A stretch of 61,011 bases of DNA, counting the filler, from Vannella sp. (Eukaryota), in NCBI GenBank assembly GCA_023345925.1. It is 6 parts of 6 records of this genome, joined end to end, with 100 filler letters (N's around TTAATTAATTAA, not from the genome) between each part and the next. Parts side by side here need not be neighbours in the genome. Positions count along the whole stretch, not along the records: positions 16,218 to 35,406 come from JAJQQN010000482.1; positions 35,507 to 40,183 come from JAJQQN010001238.1; positions 40,284 to 51,596 come from JAJQQN010000325.1; 3 more parts are not named here. One strand, 5' to 3'. A model generated the notes under the pieces. That model was not told the DNA's origin. It did no database searches and worked only from the letters and a program-made list of their open reading frames with translations. Below are positions 34,901 to 45,415 of the stretch, one piece after another. The position numbers were made by a program, and so were the translations under genes. Numbering within the stretch: position 1 is the first letter of the stretch; every line of letters starts with the position of its first letter.

Positions 34901-35406
34901 TCTCCCTTCCAGTGCGGCTCGCTGTCTCTCTACCATGGAAGAGAGTGAAGATGAGGCCACCGTTGAAGCAATGGAGGTAGCTCAGGATATTGTACCCACT
35001 GATGAGCCCGAAACTGCCCAAGAGTCCACTGATGCAGCCGAGTTGGTTCCTGAAGACGAGCTGATGGAGGATAATGAACCTTCTGAAGGCACTATTGGCC
35101 ATCAAGAAGCCGAAGAGGATGAAAAGGAGGCTTCAGCCGTTGAGGAGGACCTGGCTATGGGCGAAGAATCTTCAGCAGATGAGGAACCCTCAGCAATTGT
35201 CGAGGAAGCTCCTTCCATCGAAGAGGCCTCAGCAGCCGAAGAGGCATCAGCAGTCGAAGAGGCATCAGCAGTCGATGAGGCATCCGAAGTCGAAGAAGCA
35301 TCAGCAGTCGATGAGGCATCCGAAGTCGAAGAAGCATCAGCAGTCGAAGAAGCATCAGCAGTCGATGAAGCATCAGCAGTCGAAGAAGCATCAGCAGTCG
35401 AAGAAG
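31926..35406 (+). CDS. Ki-67-like FHA protein with SILK/RVSF motifs, bromodomain-like segment and acidic repeats; runs into gap
   Basis: FHA: IKRTGED...IGRDLTCEIRVQMPRVSRQHC...IDREFRF. SILKK and RVSF. S/TP-rich disorder. EEASAV repeats. Confidence 0.8.
35220..35406 (+). repeat. 18-bp coding minisatellite (EEASAV/DEASEV), about 10 units, cut by gap
   Basis: GAAGAGGCATCAGCAGTC-like units in tandem. Confidence 0.95.
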
Positions 35407-35506
35407 NNNNNNNNNNNNNNNNNNNNNNNNNNNNNNNNNNNNNNNNNNNNTTAATTAATTAANNNNNNNNNNNNNNNNNNNNNNNNNNNNNNNNNNNNNN
35501 NNNNNN
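35407..35506. other. Artificial contig spacer
   Basis: N44-TTAATTAATTAA-N44. Confidence 0.98.
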
Positions 35507-35586
35507 GAAGCACTCACTTCGACATCGCTAGTCCGATCCCGAAGTGGCGCCCTCCTTCCCCACACAAAAGGCATAAAAATTAAAAT

Positions 35587-35695
35587 TGCTCCAGGTGAGG
35601 CTTGAACTCACGACCTTGGCATACCTCAATTCAGTGAAGAATCTGAAATATAAGAATTATAAGTACCACGCTCTAACCAGCTGAGCTACGAGAGC
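35587..35695 (-). tRNA. tRNA-Ile(TAT) with 35-nt intron (35623-35657)
   Basis: Reverse complement: GCTCTCGTAGCTCAGCTGGTTAGAGCG-TGGTA-CT-TAT-A[intron]A-TGCCA-AGGTC-GTGAG-TTCAAGC-CTCAC-CTGGAGCA. Intron at the canonical 37/38 site. Confidence 0.92.
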
Positions 35696-36272
35696 CGCTA
35701 AAAATTGCGGTTTCTAGGATCATGTTAATAAGCACTTTGGAGTGTCTTTTGCCTTTTTTTCTTCCTCTGTTACTGCTGCATTGCTCTTCGTTGCTGAGGA
35801 ACTGTGGAAACCTTCATCCTCCATCCTTCATCTCATTCTTATCTTGTTTTGAATGCCCTTTGGAATCGATCCTTTTGTGCTTGGGTTAGCCATTTGGCTT
35901 GTTGAAGGAAAGTAGCGTTTGATGACTTGGAGCGTTGCGTCAGGGCTCAAGGTATTCTTTGTCGATCTTGCTGCCTTAATGATGGAGGTCAGGCTGACCA
36001 TCTACACCTGACAACAATGCCCATTCACACAAACCAGATAAGGGCTCCCGTGAGATGCATTTCCTGGATTTACCGCCCCAAGAGATCACGGGCAATATAC
36101 TATTCTGTTGTAGTTGCTCCAAGAAAGACTAGGTGATCCTCTGCGTTCTTGCACTGAAAGGGTCACGTCGCCCCAATGAGGGAGGGTTCCTCAACCTTGC
36201 AAATTCAAGAAGAAACACCATTTTCACATCTGAACATGTGCAGAGAGTAATTTGGCATTTTCCCTTGTCGAC

Positions 36273-37433
36273 ATGGCTCTGGCAGCATACTTCGGGAAGC
36301 GTGGTGGCCCTCGATCGACGGCTCCGTTTCAGTTGAGACACTTCCGCTTTCAACCAAAGAGCCACGAGCTGCATTACTACAAGTCAGATACTCTCCCTGA
36401 AGGAAAATCGCAGGGGTTCGTCGACCTCCGTGATGTGATGTTCGTAAACGAACGGGACGATGGTCCCCTCAAGCGTGCAACGTGGTCTAAAGACCCTGAT
36501 GCTATGAGCTACTGTTTCGACTTGGTCACAAAAGACAGAATCTTCCATCTGGCAGCTGCCACGGAGGAAGAGCGAACGTTGTGGATCCAAACTCTCACGG
36601 AAGCGGCCCAAAGGTTCCAACCCGTTGTCGCTCTCTCCCCTCGTGGTAAGACCATCAGTGGTGCCCCTGCTATCTCTCCTCGTAGTATTTCTATCAGTGC
36701 AGCTCCGGTAGTTGATACCACAGTCCTCAAGGACGAGTTGGACCGTCTGCAAAAGCAGTCAGCAGCCGCGAAAGGCTTCTCCGGACTATGCACCCAAGAG
36801 TTCTCTCTCATCCAACATGCACTTGCATCCATGGGAGGGAACGGAGGAGGCGAAGTACTTGTGGACGACAACGAAAACCGTCGTAGAGTCTTGGAGCTGG
36901 CTGTGAACGCCATGAAGCAAGTTGGATCTTCCCCCAAGGACATCGAATACCTACAAGCAGAGTTGGACTCGGTAAACCAAAGCACTAATGCGCATCTCTC
37001 TCCCCGGTCTTTGGCCGGAGGTGTGGCCGAGCTCCAGGTCAGACGAACCGAGTTAGTTCGAGACCGAATGACACAGATGGATGACATGTTTGCAAGCTTG
37101 GTTGAGAGCCGTGAAACCCTCGATCGGCCTCCAGTCCCCCTCAACAGCTCCGTCATCTTCCAAATGGCTGAGCGCGAAGTGACTTATGCACGAGAGAGGA
37201 AGACCTTTGCCCGTTCTATGCAAACCCTCGAGGGACTCCACCAAGCTCGCGTTGATCAGGTAAACACGCTCAAGGCCGAAATCAAGCTCGCCCGTGGCGA
37301 CGTGGATTTGTCCGCTCTTGCTCAGAAAACCCAAGAGCTGGAGCAGCGCATTGCTGCAGTAAGCGATGGCGCCGCTCGAGCCAAGTCCATCGGCACTCCC
37401 GGAGTGAACCGGAAGGAGAAGGTCCGCTGGTAA
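36273..37433 (+). CDS. PH-domain plus coiled-coil protein
   Basis: KRGG...LRHFRF..LHYYK...QGFVDL...CFDLVTKDRIFHLAAATEEERTLWIQTL, then helical/coiled-coil sequence. Confidence 0.85.
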   Translation: MALAAYFGKRGGPRSTAPFQLRHFRFQPKSHELHYYKSDTLPEGKSQGFVDLRDVMFVNERDDGPLKRATWSKDPDAMSYCFDLVTKDRIFHLAAATEEERTLWIQTLTEAAQRFQPVVALSPRGKTISGAPAISPRSISISAAPVVDTTVLKDELDRLQKQSAAAKGFSGLCTQEFSLIQHALASMGGNGGGEVLVDDNENRRRVLELAVNAMKQVGSSPKDIEYLQAELDSVNQSTNAHLSPRSLAGGVAELQVRRTELVRDRMTQMDDMFASLVESRETLDRPPVPLNSSVIFQMAEREVTYARERKTFARSMQTLEGLHQARVDQVNTLKAEIKLARGDVDLSALAQKTQELEQRIAAVSDGAARAKSIGTPGVNRKEKVRW

Positions 37434-37778
37434 CCGATTGGTCTATCTCCTCATCTTTATCTCTCTTTTTGTACTAAACCCGTTCACTCCTCTGAATGGG
37501 TACTTTGGTGTTTGTCTATTGAGAGTCCGCGTGGTTTACTGGGGCGGCGCAGTTTCTCTCGTTTTAGGTGCGTTCTGAGCCACTCGGATCGCGCTGATGT
37601 AGAAGAAACACTCATTCAATCCCACTACACACCTGTCAACGATTTTGAAGCCCGTCTGGACTGCAGGAAGGCCAAGCCGTGGCCCTGAACGACTGATTGG
37701 CCATCAACTGGACCCCTGCCGGATGGATGACCTCAACTCTGGGAACAGATGTATTCATTCCTTCAATCCATTTGGCCT

Positions 37779-39766
37779 TCACACTTGAAATGAGGCCAAA
37801 GGTCGAGAGGCATACACACAAAGGTAGGCAATGTGCCAGTCCGCTACCAACAAGTCAGTCTTTTGCTTCGATTTAGAAAGCTACCGTCCTACCTCCTCCA
37901 TGTCCAGTCAGCTTTTTGACATCATCAGCAGGCACAACAGCAACCATGTCGTCATCGTAGAGCAACCATTCCTCTGTGGGACCGGTAAGTTCTTCTCAGT
38001 GGATAGCTCGAAGGAGGAAGTGGTTCAGACCTTCGGTGTACTTGACCCAAGCAACATAGTGACCACCCTCAGCGGATCTTCCCCGGTGGGAAACGACTGC
38101 GACCAAGTCATAAAGGCCAGTGTCGTTCTTGAGTACCAGCTCTTTCTTCTCTTCTGCAGTTTCTACCTCCATCTTAGCATCCTCTTCTTGGGCTGCTGGT
38201 CCGCGCGAGGCCTTGGCCTTGGCTGCCTTGATTCTGAGAATTTCCTCCTCCGCTACCTGCGCTGCTGCGCGATTGGGAGCCAACTCTGCTTGAAGCTCTT
38301 CAGTGCAGAACTCAAAAAGATCAAGACGGAACGGGAACTCGACGGGCTGGATAACCGTCAGAGCCAATCAGACGTAGAATTGTGATTCTGACCTTGCAGA
38401 TTTTGGCCCTCAGGTTCTTATCCTGGCGCCAGAAGAAGCGCACAAACTGCAGGTTCAGATAGAAAGGAAGTTTGGAGATCTTCGTGGCCTTTTCGTACAC
38501 TGCATCCATCCCCAAAGTGGGAGAAGTCTTGTTAATGTGCTCCCTCATTCTCTGTCATTGGGTCAGCGTTTGCCCAACCAAGATTAGAGAACAGGGTTAT
38601 CCCACATTCCTGATAGCCGCTTGGAGGAAGCTGGTGTCTCCTTCAATGTGAACAGCAAGCTTGTGGAAAGCCTCCACAGTAAGGTCGTGAGGTTCTTCCG
38701 GATTCTCAACGCATTTGGAGCTTTGGCAGTGTGAGAAACGCGCTCTTGAATGAATGAGGAAGCGGCCTACTCAATGAGGAACTCTCCTTGGAAGAGATCC
38801 TCCACAATGCTGTTGCTAGTCACTCCGGGGACGGTCTGAATGGACTGCAAAAGAAGAGAGAATGCTTCTTCAGCATCCTGCTGCATGTAACCACCTCCCT
38901 CAGAGCTCATCTCCGCAAATTGGGGGTAAACAGCTCGGAAGCGCTATTTCCCTCGTCAAACCGGAGGGAATCGGACTCTTGGAGCTCTCACATTCAAAAA
39001 CATACTCAAAGGAAAGAGAGCGTTCTGCTTCTCCTGCAGACAGTCCATCAGAGACCCCAGTAGGCCTGGCAGAGCCTCTCTGTTGCCTGCGGTCTTGCTG
39101 TGCCTGTCCCAGGGTCAGAATTATGGGGGTAGTAGCACTCTACATACTTCACCAGAGCTTGTTGCAAAGGAGCAATAGCAGAGAGGGCCTGAATGGAAGA
39201 GTTGAGGTAGCACGTGTTCCCGGTGTTCATTAGGCCCAAGGGGTGGTCGACTGAGGGTGTTTTCAGTAACCAATGTAACAAAGAGATCTCTAGACTCACT
39301 CAGAGCTGCCTCCTGGTTGGGAAGATCCTCCAGGAAGACAGTCTTCACCTCGGGAGCTTTGATCTCACCAATAGAGCCCACAAGCATGATGGTCAAGCCC
39401 TGTGGAAGATGTCAGTACCACTCATTCGTGATAGCTTCGGTATCTTGTACCGCTTTGATCTTGTACGAGTCCCAGCTGCCATCCTTGAGTTGCCCAGCGC
39501 GAGGAATCATCACTTAACACCCCATCAGGACAAGATCTCACTCAGAGGAGTAGAGGAGGGCCTGCAATGGTGTATTCCTTACCCTTCTGACGATCAGGAG
39601 CGACACCCGTCAAGGAGAAGAGTTGTTCCTTGAAGACTTGAGTGGGAAGGGAGGTGTTGATCTCCACGCCAGAGAAGGATTGTTTGCCCCATTTGACATT
39701 CACTTCTCATCGTCAACACTTCCCCACAGCCAAGGACGAAGGGGGAAGCTCACCAGTGACCGACAT
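37779..39766 (-). CDS. USP14: Ubiquitin-specific protease 14/Ubp6, multi-exon
   Basis: UBL (VNVKWGK..LFSLTGV.PDRQK), Cys box GLMNTGNTCYLNS, QFVRFFW, His box SHRGRSAEGGHYVAW, DWHIAY. Confidence 0.94.
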
Positions 39767-40183
39767 GCTCTAGTGAAGAAGAAATGAGCTCTTCCTTTGG
39801 ACAAGACCCAAGACAGTCACTTCCCCTCGTTTCATAACTGGACCCTTTACTTTCCTCATCAGATCGAGGGAACAGAGGAAAGAGGAACTCAGGGCGGCGC
39901 CTTCGTGCGCATTGGGAAGCTTCTCGCCTTCTTTTAAGATAGCTGCGGGTGCATTCGGTAGCTAATGGACCATCTGAGTGCAACTCTTGGAGTAGGCACC
40001 GCATAGGATGCCTCAGCCGCCAGCTGGGAGTAACCCAACCACACCTTCTGTTTTGGAGTACATGAGAACGGATTGCTTTCAGATTCGATTGGATCCGAGT
40101 AGTATAAGTAAACCGGTTTTAACGGGGTTTTTCGAGAGTAAAGAAAATGGAATAAAAAGTTCAATTTTTGAGAGAAGAAAAAG

Positions 40184-40283
40184 NNNNNNNNNNNNNNNNN
40201 NNNNNNNNNNNNNNNNNNNNNNNNNNNTTAATTAATTAANNNNNNNNNNNNNNNNNNNNNNNNNNNNNNNNNNNNNNNNNNNN
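40184..40283. other. Artificial contig spacer
   Basis: N44-TTAATTAATTAA-N44. Confidence 0.98.
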
Positions 40284-40564
40284 GTTGCCCTTTGAGGGGG
40301 CACCGGCTTTGTTGGAGCTGTAGAAGAGACATGTGAGAGGATAGGACTATCACTTCCCGACGTCGTAAGAGGAGGTTTCAGCGGTGGAGAGGGCCGGCCA
40401 GGTGGAGCCACCGAACTTGGACGACGAGGAGGAAGCGGCCTGCTTAACGGCACAGTCGGCGACGCAGGAGTCCGAGAACCCCCACCTGCAGCTTGCTCAT
40501 CACTCCCTGCGGAAACTGCTGCTTGTGGTTTAGGCGGCTTTGCAGGAGGGATTGGAAGGGACAT
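40284..40564 (-). CDS. Proline-rich N-terminal fragment of an unknown protein, truncated by gap
   Basis: MSLPIPPAKPPKP...RPLPPRRP, open into the Ns. Several PxxP motifs. Confidence 0.55.
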
Positions 40565-40701
40565 CACACCAAACGCCCCCTTTCCCACTGGCCACCAAAA
40601 GAATGCCCGATAACGCCTCAAACGTCCATTCGAGATAGGTTTCGATGTGTGATGACAGAAGGCCTTCATTTGGAGCGGCCTCGTCCTCGTTGGCGCGCTC
40701 G

Positions 40702-41868
40702 ATGCCGAACAAAGTTACCGCTGCATCGAGGAAGGTGACTCAGATAGGGGTTGGTACGTGGTTAGGGAGGGTGGAGAGGGTGTGATCTGAGGGTGGGGTG
40801 GGTAGTGTATGACTTTAAGCAGCAGAAGTGTTGGTCGTGTATGGCTATCATGCGACCTTCTGTTCTTGCCTTCTGCCTTCTCATGTTGGCGGTTCTGTGT
40901 CTGAGTTTGGGTATTGTTTGGATCGTCTTTGCATCTCTGGCGAAGGAGACAGCTACCTTCCGCTATGACAACCTCTGCGAGTTGCATCACAAGTGCACTT
41001 TCCGATTTGAGGTGGAGGAGGACATGAAGGCCCCGGTGTACCTCTACTACCGTATAGAAGGATTCTACCAGGGCTACCGCCGCTACTTTGCATCGCAGTC
41101 GAATGGCCAGCTGCAAGGGAAGAATGCGAACACGTTCTCGAAGCTTGGCGGTTGTTCCCCGCGCATCTCTGAAGGAGGAGACATCTCTGATCCATCAGCT
41201 GTTTACCTCCCCTGTGGTCTCATAGCAACAAGCTACTTCAATGGTAAGGAGTCCTCTTGAGCGACTCTACTGGGATTGATTGACGGAAGGACAGACACTT
41301 TCACCCTCCTTGATGATCGGGGGCGGAAACTGGATCAATCTAGCAAGAAGGTAGCTCTTCCCACTGACTTTTCACTGTACAAGGACCCAGGACCCAACAC
41401 AGCAGGCATCCGCGTGGTAGATTCCTTCGAGAACCCTTTGTTTATGGTGTGGATGAGAGCTGCTGCACTCCCCAATTTCCTCAAGCTCTATGCCATCATC
41501 CACGAAGACATCGATAAGGGCGTCTATCAAATGGAGCTGAAGAACTGTAGGGGTTCCTCCTCTCTGGCGAAGTGACTTGGCGAGGCTAACGGACGGGCGG
41601 ACGGGCAGTCTATCCTGTCAAGGACTTTGAAGCAAAGAAGTTCTTCAAACTGTCGACAACCACGTGGATTGGTGGACGCAGTTTCGTTCTTGGCGTTGCT
41701 CTGCTGGCAGTGGGATCGATTCTCCTGTTCTTTGGAGTGTTCATTTGCTGCAAATCGCTTCTGTGGCCAAGGTGAGCGTCTTTCATTGGGAAACGGATCC
41801 TGTTCCTCATCGCTGCTTCCTTCAGGAAACTGGGAAGCATTGCGTACTTGGATTGGGACCACCAGTAG
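40702..41868 (+). CDS. CDC50: CDC50/LEM3 P4-ATPase beta subunit, multi-exon
   Basis: FKQQK, TM1, MKAPVYLYY..FYQ, PCGLIA.SYFNDTF, FMVWMRAAALPNF.KLY, TTWIGG, TM2. Confidence 0.92.
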
Positions 41869-41944
41869 ATAGACGGAAAGGAGGATAAATAGTTGCTGCA
41901 ACGGATTCACTTGTATTGTGTTAGTGACTTGGATGAATACACTT

Positions 41945-43749
41945 TCACTCCTCTTCTTGTGCGATTGGATCACGCGCAATACTGCACTTGGCTCGCTTCT
42001 TTGGAGGAGGTCGTTCGTCTTCTTCCTCTTCTTCGGACTCGGCTGGCTCATCAGAGTCTTCGGAGGAGACTTCAACTTCAGGTATGTCGACCTTTTCCCT
42101 TCCTGGTTGTACTCTGCCTCTCTTCTTCGAGGCAACTGGAGGTTTGCGGTGCTGAATTTCTCTCACTAAAAGTCAGGTGAGCGAGAGTGGCGCTGTGATT
42201 GAGATTACCTTTCTTCCTGTTATTCAGCACAACTCCTTCCGTCTCAAGCTGCTTCATAAGCATAGCAGCTGTGGCACGCTTCACATTCATGAGCTTCATG
42301 ATGGATTCCAAGGAAACTGTTTCCTCGTCTTGCAAGAGTCTGATGAGCTCAGTTTTGAGTTGCGATGTTTGGCTCTCTCCTCGATTGGGGATGATGCCTT
42401 CCTCTCGGAGTCTCTTCAGATGAACTGCTCAATGTGTGAGTCGCATTCGAATACGGTCATGGACCTACTCTGGAGGATGGACGGGCTGATATGAGGAAAC
42501 TCTTTCGAGAGGGTTCCCAAAGTGTAGCACTTCTTCTTGATCACGACTGATCGGACGAGCGCGTAGAGGTCCTGCTCTTTCTTCTCCTCGGCGTTAACGT
42601 CGTCATCCCACATCGTCATGGTGTCATCCTCTGCCAGGTAAGAGTGCACTTCAGAGTGACCATCGGAATTGGGGTCCAGCACACCTCCGGTCGTATTCAC
42701 CTTGAGGCTGAGAAACGATCAGTTATTGAGCTTCTGGAGAGTGCTGGCAACAAACCTGAGGAGATGATAGGGTGTCATCACTGTACCGACCTTGATCTTG
42801 GTCGGTTTCAGTTTGAAACGCAAGGGATCATCTAGAAAAGGTGAGAATGAGCCCATAGTATTGTGGTTGGCATACTGGGGTCTGCATGCTTGAAGAAAGG
42901 TGGTTCGTAGTCCTCAGGCGTGTTGGGATGATAAAGTAGCTTCAGGGTCAAGTACCGGTCATTCGGGAGTGGATCCAGTGTTTGGGACAAGATGGTCAGG
43001 TGTCTCATCTTGGTCCTTATGTGAGCATTGAGGGATTAGCTCAAGAAGTCTTACCATGGTCAGAGTGGATTGTTTGATCTCGTCCTTAGTGATGCTGGCG
43101 GGGGTACTGAACTGCTTCTTGCTCTTGTTGTTGCCTTGAAGATCCAAAGAGTGCCCGTTTCCGTCCTTGTCGTACGAAACATTGACTAGCAGAGAATGAG
43201 CTTACACACGCAAAAGGACTCCGACTTACAGTTGTACGATTCAACAAGCTCAGTGTCTTTCTTAGGGTCCGTGTAAACACCGAAGATGATGGATTGAAGC
43301 TTTCGCGATGGTTAAAGGAGTTGAGAACCAAAGAGGAGTCCCTTACATAGCGCTTCTCGAGAGCATCAAAGACACCTAAATGAGGTTAGACAGTACCATC
43401 TACGGAGAGACCTCTTTACCCTTCTCGAGCCAGGTGATCAACAGCTTCGAGTCTTCGGTCTCAGGAGTGAGAGCCTTGATGTTGATACCTATCAGCAGGT
43501 TAGAATCAACACCTCCCTTCAAATAGTTGTTCAGGATCTGACCTGTCAAAGATCGGTCCTTGAAGCAGTATTCGGGGAAGATGTTCCGCAAGTACACAAT
43601 TGAAGAAAGGGCAGTCCGTAAGAGATTGCGGACCAAGGCTAAAGATTCTTCCCTGGTTGGAACCGCGGAAGTCGCTCTGATTCTGGTGATGGAAGACTAG
43701 ATGGGCGTAAGCAGTGTCAACTTAGCAGTAGGGTAAGGGGACGTACCAT
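41945..43749 (-). CDS. HOP1: Meiotic HORMA-domain axis protein (Hop1/ASY1/HORMAD), multi-exon
   Basis: SSIVYLRNIFPEYCF, WLEKGVFDALEKRY, LDPLPNDRYLTLKLLY..TPEDYEPPFF. C-terminal KCSIARDPI resembles a closure motif. First exon is ATG only. Confidence 0.9.
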
Positions 43750-43807
43750 TCAGAAATAAGACTGGAGAGCCGAGCTCTCGGTTTCTATCCCAGACTTTGA
43801 GTTCGCA

Positions 43808-43815
43808 CCAATCAG
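43808..43815. promoter_or_regulatory. CCAATCAG (CCAAT-box-like) motif upstream of HOP1; recurs in other intergenic regions
   Basis: The same 8-mer, on either strand, is at 11204, 15983, 29904, 43808 and 55776. Each copy is about 50-125 bp upstream of an inferred start codon. Confidence 0.55.
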
Positions 43816-43931
43816 AACCTCCCAAAGATAATATCTCAAAGTATCTTTTTGTGTAACGCACCCTTGAAACCCACTGTGATAATCTCCATCTATTAGAGGC
43901 GAATCTTTATCTATTCAAGGTGAATGGCTGA

Positions 43932-45295
43932 CTAGTGATTTGGATTGCGGTCTGAGGAGGGAGGTCGGATTGGCCCAGGCTGGGGAGGAGAACCTCTTCC
44001 AGGAGAAACCCTGCGGATTGGAGACCGCATTGGTGATCGCCCTCTTGGTGATCGCCCTCTTGGTGATCGCCTTCTTGGCGAGGGTGACCGCCTCCTGGGG
44101 GAAAGCCTCCTTCTGGGAGAGCCTGATCGGCGCATGGGGGAACGGGAGAATCGTTTGGCGTAAGGTGATCGCGATCTTCTTGGCGATCTCCTCATAGGGC
44201 CCCTTGCTGGAGGTCCTCGATTGCGTCGCGGAGAGCGAGAACGAGATCGAGATCTCATGGGACCCCTTCGAGGGGAGAATCGGCGACCAGGGGATCGGCG
44301 ACCAGGAGATCGGCGACCAGGGGATCGGCGAATAGGAGAACGAGAGCGGCTCAAAGAACGACGAAGAGGGGAGCGTCTTCGGATTGGTCCTCTTCTTGGT
44401 GAAAGGCCTCGGGGAGGAGAGCGCCTACGTATTGGAGAGCGCCGATGATACGGGGGAAGAGGTGATCGGGCGCCACGACCTCGTCTCCTTCAGAATTGTC
44501 AGTGGCATGATAGAGGAGGAGTGGTGCTCATCTTACACAGGACCTGGAGGCCTCCTTCCACCAGGGTTACGAACGGGAGAGAAAGCTGGAGTGTGTAAGC
44601 CTTCCATCCAATGGGACGCACATAGAGCGCTCACCTGGTCTGGCGCGCTTCTGGAAGCTCACAACGATCTGCTTTCCATCAATCTTGCCCTGTTTGGTTC
44701 ACTGTCAGTGGAGGAAGAAGCCAGGTAGGGGGTTCTCCTACCTCATGCATGCACTCCATAGCGAGATTGGCATCAACGTGACGAGAGAACTCCACAAAAC
44801 CGTAATCAAGGGGGAGCTGAGTGCGCTTCTCGAGCACTATCTCGACCTTCTTGATTTCTCCAAAAGCGGAGAAGATCTCCCTCAGGTGGTCTTCCTTGAT
44901 GTTTCTGGTGAGATGCTTCACGTAGAGCGTCTTATTCATTTCAGGAGTGCGGCTCCGACTCCTAATCCTGCGGCGGGGAGGGGTTCGGCTCCTACAACCC
45001 CGGTTGGCTACCGCATGGTAAAGACCTGTCACTCTCACCTGCTACTCGAGCTACTCGAACTGTACCGGCGACGGGGGCTCCTACTACGAGAGGGCGAGCG
45101 ACTGTAGCTGACAGAACGCGGAGATCGGGAGCGAGAGCGGTCGCTGGAGACGCTTCGTTTTCGCGGGCTGCGTGAAGGACTCCCACTGCGACCCCGACTA
45201 CGAGCCTTCTCCCGCACAGGAGAAGCGGAGCCCTTCTTGTCACTCTCCTTCGGCTTTGGACTTCCACGCGGAGACACAGGCGGAGAAGGGCTCAT
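43932..45295 (-). CDS. RNPS1: RS-RRM-RS/P splicing factor (RNPS1/SR45-like)
   Basis: RRM LYVKHLTRNIKEDHLREIFSAFGEI...GFVEF, flanked by SR and RSP repeats that include 15-nt coding repeats. Confidence 0.88.
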
Positions 45296-45415
45296 CCCAA
45301 GCCTGTCCACCAAAAACTGATCCAAAAAGTCTCCAACAAAGCCCGCCTTTGCCTGTATTTGCTTAGATTTGATCAGAGGACCCTTTTGGGCCATCTTTTG
45401 GAGTTCCCCGCGTCT

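Noticed and set aside
35507..35583. Possible C-terminal end of the Ki-67-like gene after the gap
   Set aside because: It begins with GAAGCA like the repeat unit, but frame and contiguity cannot be established across an artificial spacer.
39918..40055. GCTTCTCGCCTT..TAAGAT resembling the U2 snRNA 5' end, with GC-rich pairing downstream
   Set aside because: Lacks the GTAGTA branch-pairing sequence. The pairing is not beyond chance by eye, and an Rfam scan would be needed.
43932..44450. 15-nt tandem repeats and GD/GE-R-rich plus-strand ORFs
   Set aside because: Explained by the RSP repeats of the minus-strand RNPS1-like gene.
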